A DNA stretch of 64,000 nucleotides from a virus (taxonomy: Duplodnaviria > Caudoviricetes): the IMG/VR virus record IMGVR_UViG_3300008107_000020; one strand, 5' to 3'. The notes beneath the pieces are model-generated. The model was given only the letters and a program-made list of their open reading frames with translations, was not told where the DNA came from and did no database searches. Shown piece after piece: positions 39,088-48,328 of the stretch (the stretch's first letter is position 1; every line of letters begins with the position of its first letter). Made by a program: the position numbers and the translations under genes.

Positions 39088-39546
39088 TTATAGTTTACTA
39101 ACTGCATCAATTATACCTTTTTTCATAGCAATACCTATTGATGATTTGCTAAATGGCACTTTACCTTCTTTTAGTTCAATAAAAGCGTAGCTAGCTGTTG
39201 TAGCTGACTCGCCAATACCATCAACAACCGTTTCACCAAAATGAAGTTTCAATAATATTTGAGTTGTTTCTGTAGCGGCACCAACACCAGCGATTCTGAA
39301 AGTTGTTGACGGTGTACCAACTCTAGTAATCTCAACCATAACTGGTATAGCGTTTTGTTCACATAATGAATACTTTTCGGATAACACCTCTTCGGTTATT
39401 TGTTTAACCCCGAATAAGATATTCCTATCTTTAAACTCTTTTATTTTCATTGTGCTGTAAACTGAATCTACCTTAACACAAGTTTGAGAAAAAGCTGATA
39501 CTGGTACTATTAGTACAAATATGAGCGCTAAAATAAACTGTTTCAT
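39088..39546 (-). CDS. Secreted protein, apparent short paralogue of the CsgG-like protein at 43328
   Basis: Signal peptide; GIGESATT...FSKSSIGIAMKK matches GLGEAKTV...FNQSTIGTSTKK. Confidence 0.6.
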   Translation of the reverse strand: MKQFILALIFVLIVPVSAFSQTCVKVDSVYSTMKIKEFKDRNILFGVKQITEEVLSEKYSLCEQNAIPVMVEITRVGTPSTTFRIAGVGAATETTQILLKLHFGETVVDGIGESATTASYAFIELKEGKVPFSKSSIGIAMKKGIIDAVSKL

Positions 39547-39550
39547 AATT

Positions 39551-41836
39551 TTATTGTTTATAACCTGTTTTTATTATATAAAAATTTGAAGTCCCGTTAT
39601 GGGTTAAATTATCAACCATAAGTGACTGAGCCCCAGTATAGGTTGTTTTTAAATTATTATTAGATCCGTTAATCACTGACCACTGTGCTGATGTAAATAA
39701 CCTATAATTAGGGGTTAAATTTAACCAGCTTGGTAATATATTATTATTTCTTTGAAACACCAGAACAACATCTGTTATTGTTAACATATCGTTTCCATTT
39801 ACATCCATTCTGTAATAATCTCTCGCATTAAAAGATTGGGTTAATAACTTTTGGTTAAAAAACTGAGCATCAGTAATACTGGGTAGTAAAACGGTGATAC
39901 TCTCACCAGCAATCAACCTAAAATCATTTAAATTAACGCTTTCATTTGTTGTTATTGTGTATTTTCCATTAGCATCTGTTGTATACGTCCCATATAATGT
40001 GTAGTTTGTTTGAGTTTTAATCTTATAGTATAGTTTTACAGATATACCAGATACCCCAATATTTTCAGTGTTATACACATATCCCGAATAAGCAAATGGG
40101 TTTACGATTATAATACCATTGTTTGAGTATGTATAACCACAAGTCCCACTTTGTAACTGGGCCCTGAATAAAGTTGCGTCAGTCTGATTACTGTATGTAT
40201 AGGTTGCCGCAGTATTTGCAATATCCGTCCATGTAACTCCGTTATTAACCGATCTTTGCCATTTTACTATTGTACCAGTATAGCCACTTAAAGTTAGTGT
40301 ACCAGAATTAGTTGTGCTGGTATGTACGGCTGATGATACGGAACCGCCTGTTGGTGGGGTACCTGTTATAACACTGATGGTTTTACTAGTTGAATAAACC
40401 GCACTACCACAATTAGGTGTCTGAACCTCTACTCTGTAGTAATATGTTCCAGCGGATGATATTGTTTCCGTTAAAGCTGTAGTTGTATTGGTTATGTTAG
40501 TCCAATTAATATTATCCGTAGATTTTTGCCATTTATTAATGTTACCCTGTTGACCAGATAGCGTTAACTCAACAACACCACCAGCGCATATGGTATTGTT
40601 TGCAGCGAATACGGTACCAGAATTAGTTGGTTTTACCGATAAAAACACACTAGAAGAGGATAGCGATGAACAAGTAACTGGGCTACTTGAATTAACGATT
40701 GCCCTGTAATAAGTTGTCTTTGTTATATTTGATATTGTTATACTGGTTGATGTGCTGGATATAGTTGTACCAGCGGTAAAGAAGTTATCAAAGGATGATT
40801 CCCACCTAACAACACTACCAGTCATACCACTCAAAGTTAACACCGTACTATTTGAACCAGAACAAACGTTTATATCTCCGCCACTAATAGTACCAGTGGA
40901 ACCGTTGCCCACATTTATTTGTCTTGTGAATATTGTTACACTTGATGTTAGATCACCAGGCATATCACCATATTCACAAATATAACCAGGTAAATTTGTA
41001 TTTGGTAAGTCATTCCATGAACCACTATTTGCTGAATAAAATTGTGCGTAATGTTCCCCACCAGCGTTGTTTGGTTCCCCACCAGCCCATTTTGCGTATT
41101 GACCTGTAACCGCTGTACTACCGTTAGAAAATTGCGTTCCCTTCTCGGGGCCAGTAACCCAGTGCCATTTTTGTTCCACTGCTGCTTGTGATGCAAAAGC
41201 TGTTGTACCTTTTGCCGCATTTACCTGACCAACCTCATCTGAACCGCCAAACCAACCATCTGAAGACATTAATTTCCAGATAAAATTATTCTCAGCTTCA
41301 GATAGCATTGTGGCTAGATAACCAACCCTACCAAAATAAGAGCGATTTTCAGCTGAACTTTTAGCACTTGTCCAAGATCCAGATGACGCTACATATTCAT
41401 AAAAATGTTCTGTTAACGGGTTGTAAAAAACCGTACCAGCGACAAATGTTATTCTTCTTAGGTTTGCGTAACAAGTTGTTGTTGTTGATTTAAACGTCAC
41501 AGTTCTTAAAAGAGTTTGCCAGTTAGCGGCTGTTGTCGTACCGTTAAAACTTAATATACCTGTCGTTGAGTTCCAACTTGCTGTTACACCAGTCGGTAAA
41601 GTACCTGTGTAAGTTAATACATCCCCAGATGTATATGTTTGCGATATTTGTACCCTGAAACCAGTTATGTTCCCATTAGCGGTTATTGTTAAATTAGCGT
41701 CAACCACAGTGGCTGTGTTATATGAAACGGATAGGCTCGAAGCGGTACCGCCAACAGTTATGCTAGTTGCTTGAGCGTTAACAATGCTCGTACAACAAAT
41801 AAACATAACCAAGAATAAAAAAAACCTTTTCATCAT
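39551..41836 (-). CDS. Secreted protein with C-type lectin domain, Ig-like repeats and a C-terminal dockerin-like module
   Basis: Signal peptide; GYLATMLSEAENNFI...GEPNN...WNDL...YICEYG; DVNGNDMLTITD. Confidence 0.75.
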   Translation of the reverse strand: MMKRFFLFLVMFICCTSIVNAQATSITVGGTASSLSVSYNTATVVDANLTITANGNITGFRVQISQTYTSGDVLTYTGTLPTGVTASWNSTTGILSFNGTTTAANWQTLLRTVTFKSTTTTCYANLRRITFVAGTVFYNPLTEHFYEYVASSGSWTSAKSSAENRSYFGRVGYLATMLSEAENNFIWKLMSSDGWFGGSDEVGQVNAAKGTTAFASQAAVEQKWHWVTGPEKGTQFSNGSTAVTGQYAKWAGGEPNNAGGEHYAQFYSANSGSWNDLPNTNLPGYICEYGDMPGDLTSSVTIFTRQINVGNGSTGTISGGDINVCSGSNSTVLTLSGMTGSVVRWESSFDNFFTAGTTISSTSTSITISNITKTTYYRAIVNSSSPVTCSSLSSSSVFLSVKPTNSGTVFAANNTICAGGVVELTLSGQQGNINKWQKSTDNINWTNITNTTTALTETISSAGTYYYRVEVQTPNCGSAVYSTSKTISVITGTPPTGGSVSSAVHTSTTNSGTLTLSGYTGTIVKWQRSVNNGVTWTDIANTAATYTYSNQTDATLFRAQLQSGTCGYTYSNNGIIIVNPFAYSGYVYNTENIGVSGISVKLYYKIKTQTNYTLYGTYTTDANGKYTITTNESVNLNDFRLIAGESITVLLPSITDAQFFNQKLLTQSFNARDYYRMDVNGNDMLTITDVVLVFQRNNNILPSWLNLTPNYRLFTSAQWSVINGSNNNLKTTYTGAQSLMVDNLTHNGTSNFYIIKTGYKQ

Positions 41837-43320
41837 AACGCTAATCTTGTACCCATCATTACTGTATAATTTAATACGTTATCCCCGAGAGAATAAGCAC
41901 CACCAAAATTAAAATTTAATTTAAATGTTTTTGTCACACCTAAGTTCATACCAACAATCGGTAAAACAACAAATGGTGATTTTAAAACAGCATCATCGTA
42001 ATATCTAACAAATGGTGCGTAAACAAATAGAGCCATTGTTTTAATATCAAGGCGCTTTCCTACTTTAAAATCCCTATTACCACCAACAATTGCAGCCGAA
42101 CCATAATAAGGTTCTTTATAAATTTGGCCACCCGAAGCTGTAACCATGTAAACAGCTTTAAACTTTTTAATACTCCTCATCTGGCCAAAAGCGATGGTGT
42201 TATACATAGACCCACTACCAGCAAAACCAATTGTAATTGTATTAGAAAGTAATGTAATGGCTTTACGATTTATCCAGGCGTAATAACCAGTGATGTTACC
42301 GCCTTGTATTGAAGATGTATAATCGAGCATAATACCGTGTGATCTTAGACCATCATATCTTACAGATGAATAACCAGCATTGACCCTTGAACCTTTACTA
42401 ACCTCACCCTCATTAAATTGAAAACCTACTAAGTCACTACTCATAAGTATTGATGGTCTACCACCGTTTTTACTTGTGGCTGACCCCTTACCGTTACCGC
42501 TACTACTACCACTTTTTACAGCGTTTGTTGTACCACCTACAGCATCTGATTTTTTTTCTTCGGTGGTTTGTGTTTGATTGCCTGTTGAACCATTACCACC
42601 AGATCCACCAGACCCTGTAGAGCTTGTGGTGGTACCACCTGAACCACCAGTAGAACCACCACCAGTGTTGGTGTTACCCGTTCCACCTGTTTCACCAGAC
42701 CCTGTAGTGTTTCCACCACTTGTGCTTGTACCTGTGGTAGTTTCAGAACTACCACCACCATTATTATTTCCAGTAGTAGTACCAGATGAACTAGATCCAC
42801 TTGAATTATTTCCATTAGATTGTGTTTGTCCTTGTGACCCCCCACCAGATTGGTTTCCCCCACTAGAAGAGTTTTTATTATCCTTATTATCTTTACCACC
42901 ATCACCGTTTCCACCAACACTAGTAACCGATCCAGCTGCTGCCATTATGTTACCCGTACCACTAGATGCCATATCACTAATAGCCGATAAAGCACCAAAT
43001 ATACTAACCACATTTAAAGCTGTGCTCTGGGTTTGCGATACAGTAACAGCGGTACCTATACTCCCGCATGGTGAAGCGTTTTGGAATTGATTGAAAACAC
43101 CAGCCGCCCAGTTGTCAAAGACACCGTTATTAAAATCATTAGCTGTAAAGGTACCCACTTGACCGTAGTACGTTACAGCTATTTGATTTTGCCCGTAAGG
43201 AATTGATATATTATATACCTTGCCATTGCAAGGGTCGGTGTAAGAATAATTAAATGATTGAGCACTCGCTATGTTGCATAGCAAAGACACAAAAATAACT
43301 ATAATCAATTTTATTCTCAC
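41833..43320 (-). CDS. Secreted protein with Gly/Ser/Thr linker and probable C-terminal beta-barrel
   Basis: Signal peptide, low-complexity central region, amphipathic strands ending in MGTRLAL. Confidence 0.65.
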   Translation of the reverse strand: MRIKLIIVIFVSLLCNIASAQSFNYSYTDPCNGKVYNISIPYGQNQIAVTYYGQVGTFTANDFNNGVFDNWAAGVFNQFQNASPCGSIGTAVTVSQTQSTALNVVSIFGALSAISDMASSGTGNIMAAAGSVTSVGGNGDGGKDNKDNKNSSSGGNQSGGGSQGQTQSNGNNSSGSSSSGTTTGNNNGGGSSETTTGTSTSGGNTTGSGETGGTGNTNTGGGSTGGSGGTTTSSTGSGGSGGNGSTGNQTQTTEEKKSDAVGGTTNAVKSGSSSGNGKGSATSKNGGRPSILMSSDLVGFQFNEGEVSKGSRVNAGYSSVRYDGLRSHGIMLDYTSSIQGGNITGYYAWINRKAITLLSNTITIGFAGSGSMYNTIAFGQMRSIKKFKAVYMVTASGGQIYKEPYYGSAAIVGGNRDFKVGKRLDIKTMALFVYAPFVRYYDDAVLKSPFVVLPIVGMNLGVTKTFKLNFNFGGAYSLGDNVLNYTVMMGTRLAL

Positions 43321-43327
43321 GCACGTT

Positions 43328-44047
43328 TTAGTTCTTGAATAAACCTTTTTTAATTAATTTTACAACAACTCTAGAAGATGCAGTTTCTAAAGCCTTTTTA
43401 GTTGATGTTCCTATTGTTGATTGATTAAATTTGATTTCATCCACATCATCTAGAATTGTTGACATTTTAACTGTTTTAGCTTCACCCAAACCAGAACCAA
43501 CTATAACTTCACCAGTTTCGGCATCAACAAATTTAACTTGCATACCCAATCTGGTTGTTTGTGTTGCGGTAGCCTTACCATTAACTTTAACAACCTCATC
43601 TTCAGACACACTAAAGTCGTAAACTTCAATGTAAACAAAATACTTCGCTAATTTAACTTTACCCCTACCATCAACTTTGTTTTCAGTAAACCCCTTATCA
43701 GATGCTTTAAATTGGTTAACCATTCTTTCTTTAATTTCTAATTTATCTTCAGTAAAGACAAATCTGTTAGTCATTTCCAGAAATTCGATTACAATATTGG
43801 TTACACCTAAACCAACTCTTTTATCTTTTAATTCAGGGTACATCTCATAAAGTTCTTCCGTGAACCCTATTTTTAATAACTGGATGGGGTATTTGATCGT
43901 GTCAGTATAATTTGAGACAACATCAATAGATTGAGTTTGCTCAAAACTAGCCTTATATTCTTCGGTTTTAACACTACCAATAGTCTGTGCTTGGGTTTTA
44001 CAAGCACAGAATATTATTGGCAATATAATGAATAATAATTTTTTCAT
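43328..44047 (-). CDS. CsgG/HfaB-family lipoprotein
   Basis: MKKLLFIILPIIFCAC lipoprotein-type signal; TNRFVFTE, YFVYIEVYDFS, RLGMQVKFVDAETGEVI. Confidence 0.72.
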   Translation of the reverse strand: MKKLLFIILPIIFCACKTQAQTIGSVKTEEYKASFEQTQSIDVVSNYTDTIKYPIQLLKIGFTEELYEMYPELKDKRVGLGVTNIVIEFLEMTNRFVFTEDKLEIKERMVNQFKASDKGFTENKVDGRGKVKLAKYFVYIEVYDFSVSEDEVVKVNGKATATQTTRLGMQVKFVDAETGEVIVGSGLGEAKTVKMSTILDDVDEIKFNQSTIGTSTKKALETASSRVVVKLIKKGLFKN

Positions 44048-44048
44048 A

Positions 44049-44405
44049 TTAAACTTCTGTTGTGTTTGATAAAGAAACACCATCTTCCTCGTCAACTTTT
44101 TGGATCAACATTTTGTCTCTATCTTCTGAGTTGAACCAGTAGTCAACAACCTTATTTAAGTTACCAACGAAAGCACCTAATAAGATTAATAACATTTCTT
44201 TCCAATCTTCACCAATTGATACACCGAAGAAAACAGCTGAATTAATACCAGCTACGATGAAAAAGAATAAGAATAATACAATTCCAGTTATTCTCCATCT
44301 ATTAGCTTGCATTTGTTGTAACATGTAATAGAATCTGTTTTTATCCTCAACTTGTACAGGCGCAGGTGCGCTAGTAAAACTTTTTAATGTTTCTTTAATT
44401 TTCAT
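44049..44405 (-). CDS. Small two-TM membrane protein
   Basis: Two hydrophobic helices followed by KVVDYWFNS. Confidence 0.65.
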   Translation of the reverse strand: MKIKETLKSFTSAPAPVQVEDKNRFYYMLQQMQANRWRITGIVLFLFFFIVAGINSAVFFGVSIGEDWKEMLLILLGAFVGNLNKVVDYWFNSEDRDKMLIQKVDEEDGVSLSNTTEV

Positions 44406-44446
44406 ATTAGTTTTCTTTTCTTTTTTTATTTTTATCTCTTTTTTCA

Positions 44447-44779
44447 TTACCAAGGACTATCTTCAGTTTCTGATTTTTTAGCTGGTTTTTCTTCTTTAAC
44501 GGGTGCGGCTTTTTCAACAACAGTTGTTTTTTCCTTAATAATAGTATTGGTACCGCCACCAGCATTATTTTTAGAAGAGTTATCAACACTTATATTGATT
44601 GCGGGTTGTGCAGCTGGAGCCGCTTGTTCCGTTTTTGTTTCTTCCTCACCACCACCAAATAATGTGGTTGTGAAATAGGTCCCACCAGCCATTATAGCTG
44701 TTGTGATAACCCCGATGATCGTTTTCTTTAAACCTGACCATGTTCCGTCTGATTCAGGTACATTTGTTTCCTCTGACAT
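44447..44779 (-). CDS. Single-TM membrane protein
   Basis: TIIGVITTAIMAGGTYF helix and low-complexity tail. Confidence 0.65.
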   Translation of the reverse strand: MSEETNVPESDGTWSGLKKTIIGVITTAIMAGGTYFTTTLFGGGEEETKTEQAAPAAQPAINISVDNSSKNNAGGGTNTIIKEKTTVVEKAAPVKEEKPAKKSETEDSPW

Positions 44780-44790
44780 TGTTTTAAATT

Positions 44791-46689
44791 TTAGTTTAGT
44801 TTTATTGTTTTATTTGTTTTAATATCATTTTGTGTTCTTAAAATACCGTAGTATGTACCAGGTATAACATTAGTTAAATCAACTGGATAAAGATATTTAC
44901 CTTTATACATTTTACCACTAAAAACTGTGTGTACTAATTTGCCGCTCGCATCGTAAAACCCAACGTTTATTTCACCATCTTCTGGTACACTAAAACTAAC
45001 AAGAGCTAAACCTTCTGTTGGATTAGGTGACACAATTATTTCACAATCTTTTGTTGTTACAGCACCGCCATTAATTCTGAATATTTTAACAACACCATTT
45101 GTTGGTGTAATTCTCAAATCAGTTGCGTTTGCATCACCAGCATATTTTCTTATAACATATAAAGGGCTATTATTCCAAGTACTTTGTGGTGATAAGGCTG
45201 TAAATTGTAACGTTAAAACAATATCCCCATCATTAGCCAAATATTCGTTTCTACTCATATCAGCGCCAGCCCACTCAACGATACCATTATTTGGATTTAA
45301 AAATGACATCCAATTCATAAATTTTTCCTCTGTTTTAATACCTTTAAACTCTAATAAAGAGTTATCATAGGCTAAAGCTAATTGAATTGAACCAACTTGG
45401 TCGCCTTGTGTTAAAACTTTCATTGGTACGTTTAATAAACTACCTTCAGTAATTTCGATTTTAGGTAAATTAATTTCGATTGTAGCGGTTGGAAAATCGT
45501 ACTCAACAGTTTCATCGATAATGTATTGAGGTGTCTTACTAGGGTTTAAGATCTCAATAGGAATTGTACGAGCCATATGGAAACCAGTACCGTTTGCATC
45601 ACCGCCACCTAATACATAGAATGTTACTGAGTCTGGCTGACCAGCGATAATATCAAATGTTAAATTAGTTACACCAGCAATAGTTGATGTGTAGTTAGTT
45701 GAAGACCCGTTAATGGTATTATATTGTGAAACTGTAAAGAATCTAACATCCTGAACAGAGTTTGGCCACACTGAGAATCTACCCGCTAAACGACCATAGA
45801 TAGCCGATACGTCAGCGATTGTAATACCGTAAGAACCGTTCACGTCAGAAGCGTAGAAATCAAATCCAGCTGGGGTTTCTTCACCTATAACAAATTTATT
45901 AACCTTTTGTGCATCGGCAACAGATACTGTGTTACCCACAGCCATTGTATCACCTTTAACGTATAAGTGAGCATCCCAATAAGTTGTATCTAAGATTTCA
46001 TCGAAGGCAAAATAACCAGTAATGTCAGTTGTATCAAGTTTAACCTGAGTCCAGGCACCCGTTGATGTTTTAGGTCTTTTTTCTAAAGCAATTGTGATAT
46101 TTTTAGAGCCAGAACCAGTTACGTTTGTAAATCTACCATGGTATTTTAATCTATTCATTTTGAACTCACCACCATAACTGTGTAAAGATAAGGTTGTATC
46201 AATACCAGCTATTGTTGACGCATATGAGGGAAACGTTAAAGTACCAGTCACCTTTAAACTATCAATACTAGTTAAAGCTTGGAAAGCGGTTGCAGCTTGG
46301 TGAAAGAATTTGATCTGAAATGCCGCACCGTTAGCGTATGTAAAAGAGTTGTTCGTACCTGTATAAGCTAACGTAACGGTGATGTTACCATTTACCGAAT
46401 CCGCAACATATTGCATATACTGATCAGAAGTACTGTACAATAAAGATACGATTGGTTTTGCACCACCAAAAGCCACTTTGTCGTAGAACACACGGAACTG
46501 TAAACCAGCGATTTTAGTCGTTGTTGTGTTGTCATAGTAAAGGTTAGCTAAAGTGAAACCTTGTGACTGCGGACCAACATTGTAAGAAGAGTCAACGATA
46601 ACCCAATTACCACTCGATGGTGCAGTTGTTTGTGCATAGCCCGTAATGGCTAATAACGCCAGCACTAGCGTTAAAAATAAATTTTTCAT
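44791..46689 (-). CDS. T9SS type-A cargo protein with cohesin-like and dockerin-like modules
   Basis: Signal peptide; cohesin-like IAGLQFRVFYD and VGSIQLALAYDNSLLEF; DVNGSYGITIAD; C-terminal SPNPT...FYDASGKLV...PGTYYGILRT sorting domain. Confidence 0.8.
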   Translation of the reverse strand: MKNLFLTLVLALLAITGYAQTTAPSSGNWVIVDSSYNVGPQSQGFTLANLYYDNTTTTKIAGLQFRVFYDKVAFGGAKPIVSLLYSTSDQYMQYVADSVNGNITVTLAYTGTNNSFTYANGAAFQIKFFHQAATAFQALTSIDSLKVTGTLTFPSYASTIAGIDTTLSLHSYGGEFKMNRLKYHGRFTNVTGSGSKNITIALEKRPKTSTGAWTQVKLDTTDITGYFAFDEILDTTYWDAHLYVKGDTMAVGNTVSVADAQKVNKFVIGEETPAGFDFYASDVNGSYGITIADVSAIYGRLAGRFSVWPNSVQDVRFFTVSQYNTINGSSTNYTSTIAGVTNLTFDIIAGQPDSVTFYVLGGGDANGTGFHMARTIPIEILNPSKTPQYIIDETVEYDFPTATIEINLPKIEITEGSLLNVPMKVLTQGDQVGSIQLALAYDNSLLEFKGIKTEEKFMNWMSFLNPNNGIVEWAGADMSRNEYLANDGDIVLTLQFTALSPQSTWNNSPLYVIRKYAGDANATDLRITPTNGVVKIFRINGGAVTTKDCEIIVSPNPTEGLALVSFSVPEDGEINVGFYDASGKLVHTVFSGKMYKGKYLYPVDLTNVIPGTYYGILRTQNDIKTNKTIKLN

Positions 46690-46815
46690 GTTGTTTTGTT
46701 TTGATATTAATAAATAGATAAAAATCATAAAAAAACCATTTACTTTAAAAAAAAAAGTATTAAAACGGCCCTAACTTTTACCCGAAACCCTAATATTTAT
46801 TGTTTAAAAAAGATT

Positions 46816-47058
46816 ATGAATAAAATTACTTTTGAATACTTGAAAGATTTAAAAAATCAGTTAACAACATTAGCTGATGAACAACAAGATAAGCTGGAAG
46901 AAATTGATAACGAAAATTTTAAAGATGATGTTTCTGAAAACATTTTTGGTAGAATAGATGATGTTTTATATGAGATAGAGACTATAATGACTGATGTTGA
47001 AGAGGGTTATTATAGTAACGAAAAAAATGATCAAGATGATGATTTTGATGATTATTAA
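46816..47058 (+). CDS. Acidic hypothetical protein
   Basis: ORF track; preceded by TATTTATT. Confidence 0.65.
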   Translation: MNKITFEYLKDLKNQLTTLADEQQDKLEEIDNENFKDDVSENIFGRIDDVLYEIETIMTDVEEGYYSNEKNDQDDDFDDY

Positions 47059-47076
47059 AAATAATTTTTAAAAAAA

Positions 47077-47121
47077 CTTGTTTTTTCCAAAAAACTTTAC
47101 TAATATTGTAGCATATTTATA
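47077..47121 (+). promoter_or_regulatory. Promoter P1 (host-type) with adjacent TATTTATA motif
   Basis: CTTG-N20-TAATATTG, with the same AAAAAACTTGTTTTTT context as P2 at 48431. Confidence 0.6.
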
Positions 47122-47127
47122 AAAGAT

Positions 47128-47472
47128 ATGAAAAACTACTAGATTAACAAATTAATCATCGTAACCAGAAAGGACTTAGCACCAGGTTACCAAATTGCTC
47201 AAGCGAGTCACGCTTTAGCGCAATTCATGCTTGACTATCCTGATCAAGCTAATCAATGGAACAATAACTATCTTATCTGTTTGTCCGTTGAAAACGAAAA
47301 TCAATTAAAAACTTTACTGGAAAAGATGTGTATGCATGACATACCCATATCTTATTTTCTCGAACCAGATCTTGGTAACGAGATGACAGCTATTGCTTTT
47401 CAAGGAAGTGAAAAGGCGAGTAAATTAACTTCGTCTATACCATTGGCATTAAAATCTTATAATAAACAATAA
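47128..47472 (+). CDS. PTH2-family peptidyl-tRNA hydrolase-like protein with in-frame TAG at codon 5
   Basis: ATG AAA AAC TAC TAG ATT AAC AAA TTA ATC ATC GTA ACC AGA AAG GAC TTA... The conserved KLIIVTRKDL...AQASHA motif lies between the TAG and the track start at 47227. Confidence 0.8.
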
Positions 47473-47482
47473 ATCAACGATT

Positions 47483-47740
47483 ATGAAGTAGATTACAAAA
47501 AAACCAGAAGAGATCGTGTTTCACTTTAATAAGAAACATCTCGAAACCCCAACAATCCCCATGTGGGTTGTGAAGTGTCGTGGCGACACCTATTATGTTA
47601 ACCATATTGATGTATCCCCTGGTGTGGGGTTCTCAACAAAGGAAACTCCTGATAACCCTCATACTAAAGGGAGTATAAAATTCAAGGCCAACTTGATGAT
47701 TGAGGAACAAAATAACATAATTAACGCTAAAATTTATTAA
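47483..47740 (+). CDS. Hypothetical protein with in-frame TAG at codon 3
   Basis: ATG AAG TAG ATT ACA AAA AAA CCA GAA GAG ATC GTG TTT CAC..., in frame with the track ORF at 47516. The ATG has an A-rich leader 10 nt after the previous stop. Confidence 0.7.
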
Positions 47741-47742
47741 AA

Positions 47743-48036
47743 ATGAAAAACACAAAACACAACCCAACAATGATGATTAAATCAGCTTTCTCAAATAAAC
47801 TTCACAAAATACTAGGTGAATGCATCGAACACAAACGCTATTCAAGAGAATGGTATGATTGTAAAAGAGTAAAAACCAAATTGACTGATGAGGATAAAAT
47901 TAAACTTTTTGATGAGATCAAAACCATCTATGAAGAAACTTCTCAAGAACTGAGAAATTATTTTCAGGATAGAAATCTTAAGAAAAGAGTTGAAAAAGAA
48001 CGAGTTAAGAGAGGTTATACAGTCCAGTTGAGTTAA
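47743..48036 (+). CDS. Hypothetical basic protein
   Basis: ORF track. Confidence 0.65.
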   Translation: MKNTKHNPTMMIKSAFSNKLHKILGECIEHKRYSREWYDCKRVKTKLTDEDKIKLFDEIKTIYEETSQELRNYFQDRNLKKRVEKERVKRGYTVQLS

Positions 48037-48048
48037 AGACTCAATGGA

Positions 48049-48189
48049 TGTTGTGTGACGAAATTGGTATACGTGCTGGTCAGTACCCAAAAGAGTGTAG
48101 AATGGGGGAAACTGGCGGACATACTACAGACACGAGTAGTAGGAGATTAGGTCTTTAAATCCATGTGGGTTCGAATCCCACCACAACAG
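48049..48189 (+). ncRNA. tRNA-Leu-like RNA with a 65-nt insert in place of the anticodon loop
   Basis: Acceptor TGTTGTG/CACAACA, Leu-type D arm ACG-AAATTGGTATA-CGT, stem CTGGT/ATTAG, T arm GTGGG-TTCGAAT-CCCAC. Confidence 0.65.
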
Positions 48190-48250
48190 CGCACCAACAT
48201 AAGGTTGGAACCTCAAGGCTACGTAGAGGATAATGGTTAACGTAGCAAAT

Positions 48251-48321
48251 GGTTGGATGACCGAGAGAATAGGTAAAAATCCGCAAGATTTTTTACGGTG
48301 GTTTGAATCCATCTCCAACCT
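48251..48321 (+). tRNA. tRNA-Cys(GCA), degenerate
   Basis: Full cloverleaf with U73, but C33, a TTTG T-loop and no GG in the D-loop. Confidence 0.6.
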
Positions 48322-48328
48322 CTAAAAT

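Noticed and set aside
44049-44405. Calling the two-TM protein a holin
   Set aside because: The topology is compatible, but it sits inside the surface operon about 6.5 kb from the endolysin on the opposite strand; the evidence is insufficient.
38349-46728. Upstream-extended starts given by the ORF track (39110, 44095, 44453, 46728)
   Set aside because: Downstream ATGs (39086, 44047, 44405, 46689) give clean signal peptides or non-overlapping starts with A-rich leaders.
48049-48189. tmRNA
   Set aside because: It is too short, lacks a G3:U70 Ala acceptor and a tag ORF, and has a paired D stem.
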